A stretch of 64,000 nucleotides of DNA from an uncultured Pirellulales bacterium (GTDB lineage Bacteria > Planctomycetota > Phycisphaerae > Sedimentisphaerales > Anaerobacaceae). A program made the translations under genes and the position numbers. The stretch spans positions 28,322 to 92,321 of the forward strand of contig CAYXUW010000001.1 in the NCBI GenBank assembly GCA_964468375.1, read 5' to 3'. Within the stretch, counting starts at the first letter, position 1. Each line of letters begins with the position of its first letter. Below the pieces are notes generated by a model. That model made no database searches. It saw nothing but the letters and a program-made list of their open reading frames with translations, and was not told where the DNA came from. This document shows, piece by piece, positions 1-8,443 of the stretch.

Positions 1-36
1 TTGAACGTCCATTTTTCACCTCCGGGCTTTGCCCGT

Positions 37-72
37 CCCCGCGTTTAGCTCCGACCGGTCGGAGCTGCGGGG
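37..72. other. GC-rich stem-loop with a 20-bp perfect palindrome
   Basis: AGCTCCGACCGGTCGGAGCT (47-66) is flanked by CCCCGC (37-42) and GCGGGG (67-72). It sits directly after the XRE gene stop (74-76) and before the RBS of the next minus-strand gene. There is no clear U-tract. Confidence 0.6.
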
Positions 73-73
73 G

Positions 74-250
74 TCATTTCAGTGTCTCGAGTATCCGTTC
101 TAAATTTCCCGCCGTTATTTCGCTTCGGCCCTGCAGGTAATTATATATCGTCTGTGGATTCAAATCAACTTCGCGTGCGAGCTGCGGCACGCTCATCCTT
201 TTTTTCTTAAGCAATCTATCTATCTCGCTGCGAAAGTCTACCTTCTTCAT
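74..250 (-). CDS. XRE-family helix-turn-helix regulator (58 aa, below the ORF-track cutoff)
   Basis: My translation is MKKVDFRSEIDRLLKKKRMSVPQLAREVDLNPQTIYNYLQGRSEITAGNLERILETLK, with ATG at 250 and TGA at 74-76. It shows the typical Cro/CI-type HTH pattern (S..QLA.......TI.....G). Confidence 0.7.
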   Translation of the reverse strand: MKKVDFRSEIDRLLKKKRMSVPQLAREVDLNPQTIYNYLQGRSEITAGNLERILETLK

Positions 251-269
251 ATTGTTGTTTCCTTATTGC

Positions 270-617
270 TTAGCTTTTCGGCATCCCCAGTGCCTCGGAT
301 ATATTTGCGCCGTCCATATTCGCATCTTCAAAATCAGCACCGTCAATATCTGCAGCATATAAATCCGCATCGGTCAGATTCGCATTTCTAAAATTCGTAC
401 CGGTAAGAAAAGCGGCATATAAATTTACACCTGAAAGATTCGTATCGGACAAATCAGCCCCGGAAAAATCCAGTCCGGATAAATCCTGGCCAGACATATC
501 AGCGCCGGATAGATTTACATGTTTAAGTATTGCCTTGCTTACCGCCTCTCTGAAATTTTTTGCTTCGGCAAAAAACAAGATTTCTCCTGTGGTTTTATGT
601 TTGATTTCGATTTTCAT
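270..617 (-). CDS. Pentapeptide-repeat protein
   Basis: 115 aa. After a 30-aa N-terminus the rest is tandem A(D/N)LXX-type pentapeptides (NLSGADMSGQDLSGLDFSGADLSDTNLSGVNLYAAFLTGTNFRNANLTDADLYAADIDGADFEDANMDGANI). Confidence 0.85.
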   Translation of the reverse strand: MKIEIKHKTTGEILFFAEAKNFREAVSKAILKHVNLSGADMSGQDLSGLDFSGADLSDTNLSGVNLYAAFLTGTNFRNANLTDADLYAADIDGADFEDANMDGANISEALGMPKS

Positions 618-730
618 ATCGTCCCCGCTGCTATATTTAGGGCCAGTTCCGTTTTTGTCGGCCAGAAACCGAATCTCCTTTTAAACCGTTTTTCCGCCGC
701 CGTTTTTGTTCTTTTTCTTCGCTTTTCCAT
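614..730 (-). CDS. Possible small basic protein (38 aa)
   Basis: MEKRRKRTKTAAEKRFKRRFGFWPTKTELALNIAAGTI. AGGAACAGGAAA lies upstream, and its TGA overlaps the pentapeptide-gene ATG (ATGA). It is too short to verify. Confidence 0.3.
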   Translation of the reverse strand: MEKRRKRTKTAAEKRFKRRFGFWPTKTELALNIAAGTI

Positions 731-778
731 TTTCCTGTTCCTTTCCTATTTACACTATATTTTCAAATGAGCTAAGAA

Positions 779-931
779 TTATAACATATCCCAATCTGAT
801 GCACTCAAAAACAGGATTTTGCCTTTGTATTTAACACTCCAACCTGAATATTGACCGGTATAGGTAACTATTAAATGCCCTCGCAATCTTGCGCCTGTCA
901 TTACGTGTTTGAATGTTTTCACCTTGGCCAT
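779..931 (-). CDS. Hypothetical small protein (50 aa)
   Basis: MAKVKTFKHVMTGARLRGHLIVTYTGQYSGWSVKYKGKILFLSASDWDML. It is preceded by AGGGTGAAAAATG (the same RBS context as neighbouring genes) and by the promoter at 970-997. Confidence 0.45.
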   Translation of the reverse strand: MAKVKTFKHVMTGARLRGHLIVTYTGQYSGWSVKYKGKILFLSASDWDML

Positions 932-958
932 TTTTCACCCTTTCATATTAATTTATCA

Positions 959-990
959 ATTCTATTATAATTATATAACTATAATAGAAT
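959..990. repeat. 11-bp perfect inverted repeat (operator-like)
   Basis: ATTCTATTATA (959-969) and TATAATAGAAT (980-990) are separated by a 10-nt spacer. The repeat overlaps the spacer, the -10 and the predicted +1 of the promoter at 970-997. Confidence 0.7.
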
Positions 991-997
991 AAGTCAA
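970..997 (-). promoter_or_regulatory. Near-consensus sigma70-type promoter
   Basis: The minus strand reads TTGACT (997-992), 16 nt, then TATAAT (975-970). It lies about 40 nt upstream of the ORF starting at 931. Confidence 0.6.
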
Positions 998-1049
998 GCA
1001 AAAATAACAGGTTTTTTAAATATTTTTTAAACCCCCTGTTTGCAGGCAT

Positions 1050-1265
1050 TTAGGGCTTATCTTTCTTTTTTTCGTATACTTTTTCGATAATCTCCTTGGT
1101 CCGGACTACGGTTCCGCAGTTTCTGCATATTTTCCGGCGGCGGATCGCCCCGAAAACAGGCATCGTTTTCACGCAGCTCCAGGGCCTGCCCGCTTCATCG
1201 CGGAAATCCTCGCATCCGCAAGTCGGGCAAATCAACCCCTTTTGTTTTTTGCTGTCTTTGCTCAT
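1050..1265 (-). CDS. Small zinc-ribbon protein
   Basis: 71 aa with two Cys pairs (CPTCGC ... CRNCG). Its ATG overlaps the terL stop (ATGA). Confidence 0.7.
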   Translation of the reverse strand: MSKDSKKQKGLICPTCGCEDFRDEAGRPWSCVKTMPVFGAIRRRKICRNCGTVVRTKEIIEKVYEKKKDKP

Positions 1266-3229
1266 CTCAACCGTTTCTGTTTTTGCAGCTCGCTCAGTTT
1301 TATTTTCTTTTTACCCCTCGTCGCTGCCGCCGGTGCTACTTTCTTTTCCCCGGGCGCCTTCAGATAATGTACGCCCTTGTAATAGCCGGCCGCCGCTGCA
1401 AGCACCTCGAGGTCTAGTGAATGTGTCGGCGCCCCTTTCGAGACCGGCTCCCATACCCATTTGATATTATTATTCCTGTCCCGTTTTTTGATTTTATGCT
1501 CGTTGGAAAATTCAGTCAGGTAGTAATAAGGAATTTCACTGTAAAAAGTCAGTAATGGTGATTTTATAACTTCGCCTTTATCGTTCCGCTGCGGCTCGGC
1601 CCAGCTCTGCACCTGGTTCTTAAAGTAATGCGTATCGACTATTACAAGCTGCATACCTCGATATCGGCGCCGCTGTTTTTGTGTAAGCCGTCTTTCTGTT
1701 GCGCTTTCGACATCTGATATCGCCAAAGGTTTCAATAACGGTCCGGGCACGCCCTTGGTCGGAATAGTCAGTCCCGGCCGCTGCCTGCAGTACTCATATA
1801 CGTCATCCGGCTCATCCGCTGCAAAATGCTGAAATCCGGAGTCCACGAACATTACCATAACCGCAAGCCACGGCTTCTGCTCGTTCGATGTCCCGTCCGC
1901 CCAGGGGAACGGACTGAGCAATACCTCTTCGTCGAGCTTATCGAACGATGAAGCGTGACCACTTTTTATAGTGCAGTTTTTCAGTCCGTATCCGTATCCC
2001 TTTATTGTATAATCGATTCGCACAATTCCGCGTGTTCTCGATTTATGATAATCCGCCGCTGCAACAAGTATATTCACCCAGTCCGGCACCGTCCCCTTGC
2101 TGAATCCGCCGGTAAGTTTTTTCAGCTCGCTCGTTTTAAGCTTTTTGCCCACTTCCTCGAATGGCACTGCTTCGATGGAATTCTTGAAATCGATTAAAGC
2201 CCCCTGCGCAATACCCTCTTCCGTATTTGCCTTTAGCCATTTGGCCATAATTCTCGGCCAACTCATTCCCTCGAATGGTGATATCCATCCGGGCGCATTA
2301 AAGCCGCTGTGCCTTTCGTCCCTCAGCGGCCGGCCGTGAATATTGCCGTCGGCGTCCATGGTTTGGCCTTCCGGTAGCCACTCGCCGGCGGCAACAAGCG
2401 CTTCTTTCTGGATTTCCTCTATCCGATGTGCGCAGCGCTGGCATTCGTACCATACGCAGCCGACACCTTCTCTTATGATTTCATCCGGGTCCGTCAGTTT
2501 CGGCGGCTTTTTGAATTGTATCCAGATCCAAATAATATATTCGCCGCAATGAGGACAGGGTATGTAATATTTTTCTTTGTTAGATTCCTGATAAGGCCCG
2601 TCTATATAATCCTTCGGGCTGACAGGCGTCGATACCCTGACAATTTTCCTATCCCAGAAAGTCGTTGTCGTTTTAATTGCGATATCTATCGGATTGGACT
2701 CTCTTCCGGAAAAGGGCGGGTATGCCGTGGGCTCGTCGAAGAACAGGTTCTTAATATGTTTTTGTTTCAACTCTGCTGTCGATCCCGCCCATCCGAAGTA
2801 TAGCGTCATCCTGTCGAAGCTGAAATAATCGCCTTGCAGATCTCGCGGTCCTGATGTATGACCTAGCAGCGCATCGGACAGCTCTACCATCGGCTTAAAA
2901 ACTTTCTCTTTGGTATAGTCGACATCTCTTTCTCTCGGTACAACGTATTGTGTATTTGCCGGATCCTGCTCGATAACGGATGCTATCATATTCTGCACGG
3001 CGGTCGATTTGCCCATCTGGCGTGCGAACATCAAATCCAGTTCCTCCACTATTGGGTTATTGAACGCATCCATTGGTTTGCGCATATAGGGTGTTCTGTC
3101 TGTCCGGTAAGGTCCGGGCTCAGCGCAATCCGGAGGCAATATTCTTATCTTGTCTGCGCATTCGCTGACAGATAGTTTCTCGGGTATCCGCCAAATATCC
3201 TTCTCTTCTTTAGTCCAGATTGTTTTCAC
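1262..3229 (-). CDS. terL: Terminase large subunit, lambda GpA family
   Basis: 655 aa. It has a Walker-A-like FARQMGKST, a PCPHCGEY...CQRC zinc motif paralleling lambda gpA ACPHCGEE, and a C-terminal HSLD...AAA like gpA EALD..ALAA. The GTG start overlaps the upstream stop. Confidence 0.9.
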   Translation of the reverse strand: MKTIWTKEEKDIWRIPEKLSVSECADKIRILPPDCAEPGPYRTDRTPYMRKPMDAFNNPIVEELDLMFARQMGKSTAVQNMIASVIEQDPANTQYVVPRERDVDYTKEKVFKPMVELSDALLGHTSGPRDLQGDYFSFDRMTLYFGWAGSTAELKQKHIKNLFFDEPTAYPPFSGRESNPIDIAIKTTTTFWDRKIVRVSTPVSPKDYIDGPYQESNKEKYYIPCPHCGEYIIWIWIQFKKPPKLTDPDEIIREGVGCVWYECQRCAHRIEEIQKEALVAAGEWLPEGQTMDADGNIHGRPLRDERHSGFNAPGWISPFEGMSWPRIMAKWLKANTEEGIAQGALIDFKNSIEAVPFEEVGKKLKTSELKKLTGGFSKGTVPDWVNILVAAADYHKSRTRGIVRIDYTIKGYGYGLKNCTIKSGHASSFDKLDEEVLLSPFPWADGTSNEQKPWLAVMVMFVDSGFQHFAADEPDDVYEYCRQRPGLTIPTKGVPGPLLKPLAISDVESATERRLTQKQRRRYRGMQLVIVDTHYFKNQVQSWAEPQRNDKGEVIKSPLLTFYSEIPYYYLTEFSNEHKIKKRDRNNNIKWVWEPVSKGAPTHSLDLEVLAAAAGYYKGVHYLKAPGEKKVAPAAATRGKKKIKLSELQKQKRLR

Positions 3230-3858
3230 CTACTGAATCCCTCTATAATTGCCCTGTTTTCTTTATTTAAAAGTGCCTGTATCTTCCGGGGGTCGTTAAT
3301 CGCTGCGAGCTGCATGGCAAGTTTCCTGCCCTGTCCCAGCAATGCCCTCTTTACAGCGAGTATTTTCAAGGCGTCCCTTCGCTGCTCCTCTTCTTTGTCT
3401 ATCCACTTTCCCCTTTCTATGTTGTATTGCATTATTTCCCGTTGTTCGCGGACTGATTTTATTCCCGCCTCACTTTTTTCTTTCAGCAGTTTATGCTCGG
3501 TCGGTTTTTTCCCTTCGTTCGCTGCGAAAAGTTTAAGCTGACTCTTGATATATACCTGCTTACCGCCTCTTGTAGCCGTCAGCATCCCCTCTTTTAACCA
3601 GCGACGGATCGTCCGTGCGCTTTTACCGATAAATCGTGCCGCTTCGGTCTGCGTTTCGATAATCTCGGCCTCTGCGATTTCGGCCGCGCTTTGGTTTTTC
3701 GACTTTGTTTTTTTCTTTTTTTCTGCCATTGTTTCCAGCTCGCCCAGCTCGTTCATCTCCTGTCTGCTCAAATGCCTGTTATTTCTGATTTTCGTCAAAA
3801 GATACAGGTGCCGCTGCTTTTGAGCGATTTCAACCGGGTCATGGGCGTTTTTATTCAA
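3226..3858 (-). CDS. Putative terminase small subunit / HTH DNA-binding protein
   Basis: 210 aa, directly upstream of and overlapping terL. It has an HTH-like EAARFIGKSARTIRRWLKEGML and a coiled-coil C-terminus. The ORF opens at TTG and the true start is uncertain. Confidence 0.5.
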   Translation of the reverse strand: MNKNAHDPVEIAQKQRHLYLLTKIRNNRHLSRQEMNELGELETMAEKKKKTKSKNQSAAEIAEAEIIETQTEAARFIGKSARTIRRWLKEGMLTATRGGKQVYIKSQLKLFAANEGKKPTEHKLLKEKSEAGIKSVREQREIMQYNIERGKWIDKEEEQRRDALKILAVKRALLGQGRKLAMQLAAINDPRKIQALLNKENRAIIEGFSR

Positions 3859-3901
3859 CTACAATCTGTTTTTCTCCGATAGTTTTACAGTCAAGCAAAA
3901 T

Positions 3902-3978
3902 GCCGATGCGAAAAAATGTTCCGCCGGCTGATCCCGGCGTAACAGGCGGTTAGTCTGATAGTTTCCGCCCGCATCGGC
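3902..3978. other. Nested inverted repeats between the methyltransferase and terminase genes
   Basis: GCCGATGCG (3902-3910) pairs with CGCATCGGC (3970-3978). Inside are a CCGCC/GGCGG pair and a GCCGG-ctgatc-CCGGC hairpin. Confidence 0.5.
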
Positions 3979-4007
3979 TCCCTTTTATTCATAGGCGTCC
4001 CTGCCTT

Positions 4008-5321
4008 TTATTTTCTAATCAGTTTTGCCTTCTTTCCTGTCCATTGTTCCCACCGTTTCACGGCAACGTCGCAGAAAACCGGCTCCAGCTCCATAGCGAA
4101 GCATCGCCTGCCGAGTTTCTCCGCCGCTATAATTTGCGATCCGGACCCACAAAACGGCTCATAGCAGATATCCCCGGGCCGCGTATGCACCCGCATTGGG
4201 ATTGCGAACACCTCGACCGGCTTTACTGTCGGGTGTTCGATATCCTGATTTCTTTTTTTGCCGTCCCAGTCCAGTTCCCAGACATCCGTGTAATATTCCG
4301 GCTCGGTAGGGTCACCTTCTTTTTGATATCCTACATACCATACGCTGCCAACTGCTTTATCTTTCGGCCTGAATGCCGGCTTGCTGCCTTTCGGCCACAT
4401 CAGCAGGCACGGCTCATGCCGCCAGGCATAATAGGAAAATGTTATCACCGCGCAGGGTTTGACCCAGATAATCTGCTGGTGAACGAGAATTTTCAATTCT
4501 TCACAAATTTGCTCTATCATGCATTTGTGCTTGGATGCATACCACATATATATAGCGGTCTTTTTCTGTATATATTTAAGGCCGATTTCCAGAAATCCCT
4601 TCATGAATCCCCTGGGGTCAGTGATATCGATTTCCCGAAACGTATCCGACCAGTCTTTGCCGCCTTTTTTCGCGGGCCTGTTAGCCCCTGTATAATCAAC
4701 GCAATACGGCGGGTCCGTCGCAAACAGACTTGCCTTCTGATTTTTCATTAAATATTTGACATCTTTTTTATTCGTGCTGCTGCCGCAAAGCAGGCGATGG
4801 TCTCCGAGCAGCCACAAGTCGCCCTTTTTTGTTCTCGCCTTTTTCGGCGGTTTTGGTATATCATCGTCATAAGTTTGCCCTTCTTTTTCATGAACACCAA
4901 CTTCGCTATGAAGTGCATCCAGTTGAAGTGCCAGATAATCTTTATCGTTCGACAGCTCCGAACGGAGCTTGTCTATATATTCCCCCAATGCGTTAATAAA
5001 CCTGCCCTGGCAATGGCGATTATTGAGCGTCAGATTAAGAAGTTTTTCGTCCTTAACGTTAAGCCGAACGGTAACGCACCAGCATTTATATTTTTCGCCG
5101 TGCATATCAGCCAATACGCGGTACCGCTGATGCCCGCCAACAATAATGTTCTTCTTGGTCTTAACATTCACGATAATCGGCTCGACGCATCCGAACTTTT
5201 GTATCGACGCTGCCAGGCCCGCCAAGGCCTCGTCGCTTATTACTCGCGGGTTATACTCCGCCGGCTGCAGCTCGCCGAGTCTGAACTGTTTTATTTCTGG
5301 TCGTATTTCTCTCTTTTTCAT
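4008..5321 (-). CDS. ParB-like nuclease domain fused to DNA methyltransferase (DPPY type, likely N6-adenine)
   Basis: The N-domain carries LQPAEYNPR and GGHQRY. The MTase motif IV LFATDPPY precedes motif I EPFCGSGS. I set the start at ATG 5321 (MKKREIRPEIKQF, parallel to the paralog, ATGA overlap); the ORF track runs to 5363. Confidence 0.85.
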   Translation of the reverse strand: MKKREIRPEIKQFRLGELQPAEYNPRVISDEALAGLAASIQKFGCVEPIIVNVKTKKNIIVGGHQRYRVLADMHGEKYKCWCVTVRLNVKDEKLLNLTLNNRHCQGRFINALGEYIDKLRSELSNDKDYLALQLDALHSEVGVHEKEGQTYDDDIPKPPKKARTKKGDLWLLGDHRLLCGSSTNKKDVKYLMKNQKASLFATDPPYCVDYTGANRPAKKGGKDWSDTFREIDITDPRGFMKGFLEIGLKYIQKKTAIYMWYASKHKCMIEQICEELKILVHQQIIWVKPCAVITFSYYAWRHEPCLLMWPKGSKPAFRPKDKAVGSVWYVGYQKEGDPTEPEYYTDVWELDWDGKKRNQDIEHPTVKPVEVFAIPMRVHTRPGDICYEPFCGSGSQIIAAEKLGRRCFAMELEPVFCDVAVKRWEQWTGKKAKLIRK

Positions 5322-6592
5322 TGCTTGATTATTTCTGCCTTCCCGCCTGTCCATTGTTCCCACCGTTTCACCGTTACGTCGCAGTATTCCGGGCTGAGCT
5401 CTATCGCATTACACTTCCTGCCCAATTTCTCGGCCGCTATAAGAGTCGAGCCGGATCCGCAGAACGGCTCGATTATTATGTCCCCGGGCTTGCTCATCAG
5501 GTCTATCGCCTTGCAGGGCAATGCAACCGGAAAACAGGCCTTGTGTTCTTCCATCTGTATTTTTTCTGTTACCGGGATCCGCCAGAAATTACTGACTCCT
5601 CTCTGCCTGATTTTATCGAATGCCCATGTTTTTTGGTTCGTGCCGACGAAGCAAAAATCCAGGTCACAGCCGATATCCCGGTTCGTCAAAAGCAGGATGT
5701 TTTCATATTGCCTGGTCAGGCTTTTATCGCTGGTAATAGGCATAGCCCTTTCTTTGTCCCAGACTATGCTCTCCAGAAAAGTAAACCCGCAGCTTTTTAT
5801 AAGATGATAAAAAATTTCGATATATTCCCACCTCGTATTGGCGTTGTAGCTTATATTCCAGAACAGAAAGCCTCGCAGAACCTTCTGCACATTTTTAGCA
5901 ACAGTCAAATTGAAACCGATGTATTGGCTTGACAGCATGCTGTCCTTATAATGCTCATACATATCGCCGCCCATGTTATAAGGCGGTGACGTAAAGCACA
6001 TCTTCGCTTTTTTCTTCCCCATTAACTTAAGCACATCCCCCATATCCGTGCTATCGCCGCATAAGAGTTTATGATCACCGATCTGCCAGATATCGCCCGG
6101 CCTGGTAATTGCTTTTTTGGGTGGTTTCGGAATCTCATCATCATCAGTAAGGCCTATTTTTTCACTGGCGCCGAGCTGCTGCCGAAGCAGGCCTATTCTA
6201 AGACCCAGATAATCCGCATCGTTCGGCAAGGTTTCCCTCAGCTCGTCTATGTACTCGGCCAGCTCCTCAATAAATTCCCCCTGTGTATGCGGATTATTAA
6301 GTGCCAGGTTCAGCAGCTTCTCATCTGTTTCGGACAGATCCACTGTTATACAAACCGCACTTTCGACACCAGTTGCAGACAAAACCTTAAACCGCTGATT
6401 GCCGCCGACGATAGTATTAGCGCCTTTGCGAACATTAACGATAATCGGCTCGACGCATCCGAACTTTTGTATCGACACCGCCAGGCCGGCCAGGGCCTCA
6501 TCGCTTATTGCCCGCGGGTTGTACTCCGCCGGCTGCAGCTCGCTGAGCTTAAACGTTTTTATCTTCGGCTGAATTTGTTTTTTCTTATTCAT
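5318..6592 (-). CDS. ParB-like nuclease domain fused to DNA methyltransferase (SPPY type, possibly N4-cytosine)
   Basis: 424 aa with the same N-domain (LQPAEYNPR, GGNQRF). Motif IV is CFTSPPY and motif I is EPFCGSGS. Confidence 0.85.
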   Translation of the reverse strand: MNKKKQIQPKIKTFKLSELQPAEYNPRAISDEALAGLAVSIQKFGCVEPIIVNVRKGANTIVGGNQRFKVLSATGVESAVCITVDLSETDEKLLNLALNNPHTQGEFIEELAEYIDELRETLPNDADYLGLRIGLLRQQLGASEKIGLTDDDEIPKPPKKAITRPGDIWQIGDHKLLCGDSTDMGDVLKLMGKKKAKMCFTSPPYNMGGDMYEHYKDSMLSSQYIGFNLTVAKNVQKVLRGFLFWNISYNANTRWEYIEIFYHLIKSCGFTFLESIVWDKERAMPITSDKSLTRQYENILLLTNRDIGCDLDFCFVGTNQKTWAFDKIRQRGVSNFWRIPVTEKIQMEEHKACFPVALPCKAIDLMSKPGDIIIEPFCGSGSTLIAAEKLGRKCNAIELSPEYCDVTVKRWEQWTGGKAEIIKQ

Positions 6593-6839
6593 AAACCTTC
6601 AGCCCTGTAGATTCGAGGTCTTTGCTTATTATTGGCAGCAATGGCTGAAGCGGCATATTAAAAGTCGATATCCAGATAAACAGTTTGAAGCCGAAAAGTA
6701 ATTTCAGTTTTTCCCGAAACGTCAACTCCCAGCAGCTGACAACTTTGCCGTCTCTTGTTTTGTATGCCGGCAACGGCTTATATTCCGGCTGGTTCTCTGC
6801 AAATGTGCAGTTCTGACCTTCAAATTTTACTGGCTCCAT
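6585..6839 (-). CDS. Hypothetical protein
   Basis: 84 aa. The ATG is preceded by GAGGTGAAAAATG. I recognise no motif. Confidence 0.6.
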   Translation of the reverse strand: MEPVKFEGQNCTFAENQPEYKPLPAYKTRDGKVVSCWELTFREKLKLLFGFKLFIWISTFNMPLQPLLPIISKDLESTGLKVYE

Positions 6840-6864
6840 TTTTCACCTCGTTTCAGTTGACAAT

Positions 6865-7266
6865 TCATTCATTTTTGACCTTACTGTTGACAAAACTGCC
6901 CTGCAAATGCCTTAAAGTTGCCTCGGCAGTCGGCAGTCCTTTTTGCTTTCTTCTCTGCTGCCAGCTTGTAAACGCGAACACCTTGTCCTCGATGGAGTTC
7001 TTCTCTGCGATCGTAAACCGCTTCCTGCCGAATCTTTTCATCTCTTCAAGCAGCTCCTGTGCGTATTTTATGTGATGTTTCGGCATCGCCGCCTCGCCGG
7101 CCGCCAGAAGTATTTCGAGCTTCCGTTTCAGCTCCGCCGTCTCAGCAATACTCACAAATCCTAACGGTGCTTTCTCCGCCTCAGTTTCCTCGGGCGCCGG
7201 TTTCTCAAACAACGGCGCCGTCCGCTGTCTTAACCTGTGCCTGAGCTTCTTTTCAACTATGTTCAT
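6865..7266 (-). CDS. Hypothetical protein (charged, helical)
   Basis: 133 aa. It has an ATGA overlap with the upstream gene. Confidence 0.6.
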   Translation of the reverse strand: MNIVEKKLRHRLRQRTAPLFEKPAPEETEAEKAPLGFVSIAETAELKRKLEILLAAGEAAMPKHHIKYAQELLEEMKRFGRKRFTIAEKNSIEDKVFAFTSWQQRRKQKGLPTAEATLRHLQGSFVNSKVKNE

Positions 7267-7592
7267 TTAAACAGTCCCTTTTGTTTTCTCACCCGCTTAC
7301 ATTGTTCTCCGCCGACTTCCATAGCCACACAAACATTGGGGCGGGTCGGATAAATCTCACAAGTGTTATCATCCTTCAAAAATGGGCAGGGCATCTTTTC
7401 TCCGCAGGCAAGCAGGTATTCTTTCTCCATATCATCCTCGAATTTTATCCTGCCGTTGCCGTCACACAGCTCAGCTACTGGCCGCAAACGTGGCTCCCTA
7501 ATCAAATCCAGCTCCCCAATCTGGATAATCAAACCCCGACAGCATGCGCCGCATTTTTGACATTCCGCCAATGCTTTAATTTTCTCAGCCAT
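7263..7592 (-). CDS. YkgJ/UPF0153-like cysteine-cluster (zinc/iron-chelating) protein
   Basis: 109 aa with the CxxCGxCC signature (CQKCGACCRG) and further Cys residues downstream. Confidence 0.65.
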   Translation of the reverse strand: MAEKIKALAECQKCGACCRGLIIQIGELDLIREPRLRPVAELCDGNGRIKFEDDMEKEYLLACGEKMPCPFLKDDNTCEIYPTRPNVCVAMEVGGEQCKRVRKQKGLFK

Positions 7593-7787
7593 TCAGCAAT
7601 GTTTCCTTCCGCAAACAGGGCAGATTTTACCATTGAGGCCGCCGTCCAAATGACTGCATAGTTTCTGGCCTCTTTTCCCTCTGGCAGCGTAACAGCAACT
7701 GCCCCAATGTTTGTGACACTCCATTTGATACCTTCTCACTACCGCCCGCTTGTAAGATACCGAATTAAAACCAAATTCCTCAGTCAT
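7593..7787 (-). CDS. Small Cys/His-rich protein
   Basis: 64 aa (CHKHWGSCC ... CPVCGRKHC). It abuts its neighbours with no gap. Confidence 0.5.
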   Translation of the reverse strand: MTEEFGFNSVSYKRAVVRRYQMECHKHWGSCCYAARGKRGQKLCSHLDGGLNGKICPVCGRKHC

Positions 7788-7999
7788 TTAGCTTGCCTCT
7801 GTTTTTGTTCGTAAAGCCGTTGCATTTCAAATCTGTTATTCATCGTAGCTCCCTCTTGTTGAGCCGCAGGACTGCCTATATAATCCTTGCATCCTTGACA
7901 CATTTCTCTAACAACTTTTTTCCCTACCATTCCTATTATCCGACCGCGAGTGGGCGTTCCACAATGCGGGCAGAGATACATTTTCTTTCCCTCAGTCAT
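7784..7999 (-). CDS. Small zinc-ribbon protein
   Basis: 71 aa with CPHCG ... CQGC. It has an ATGA overlap with the next gene. Confidence 0.55.
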   Translation of the reverse strand: MTEGKKMYLCPHCGTPTRGRIIGMVGKKVVREMCQGCKDYIGSPAAQQEGATMNNRFEMQRLYEQKQRQAK

Positions 8000-8006
8000 C
8001 GCTTTT

Positions 8007-8429
8007 TTATTTCAATGGAATAATGCCACGACCTTTACACCTACCGCAATCAACCCATTCATATGCCTTTATACCTTTACCTGATATACGCTCGCCTTTT
8101 TCCCCGTGGCATACAGGGCATATATTAAATTCGTCACCGACAAGACTTTCGACTAATTCCCGAAATGCAGCAACTTTTTCAGCCCAAGCGTCGAGGTCAC
8201 GTTTCTCTTGTTGCAGGTCGTTATCTTCCTCGCTCAATCTTTTGTGCACATCAAATAAAGTTGTTGTTTGTTCGTGGCCATTAGTTCTAACACCTTTAAT
8301 CGCAAAATCTAAATCAATATCAAGGTGCACAAAACCGTGACTACATGGGGGAGGCCCCAAGTCTTTATATGCTTTTCTGATTTTATTTAATATTTTAAGT
8401 TCTTTGCCTCTCGGTGGGTAATCGCTCAT
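8007..8429 (-). CDS. Protein with DnaJ-type CxxCxGxG zinc-finger repeats
   Basis: 140 aa. The C-terminus carries CPVCHGEKG and CGRCKGRG. Confidence 0.6.
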   Translation of the reverse strand: MSDYPPRGKELKILNKIRKAYKDLGPPPCSHGFVHLDIDLDFAIKGVRTNGHEQTTTLFDVHKRLSEEDNDLQQEKRDLDAWAEKVAAFRELVESLVGDEFNICPVCHGEKGERISGKGIKAYEWVDCGRCKGRGIIPLK

Positions 8430-8443
8430 TTTTTACCTCTCTT

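Noticed and set aside
4797-5807. Long plus-strand ORFs antisense to the minus-strand genes (e.g. 4797..5807, 10507..11142, 34843..36009, 27712..28236, 28240..28803)
   Set aside because: They are shadow ORFs opposite well-supported genes. They lack RBSs and have Ser/Arg/Leu/Pro-rich junk-like composition.
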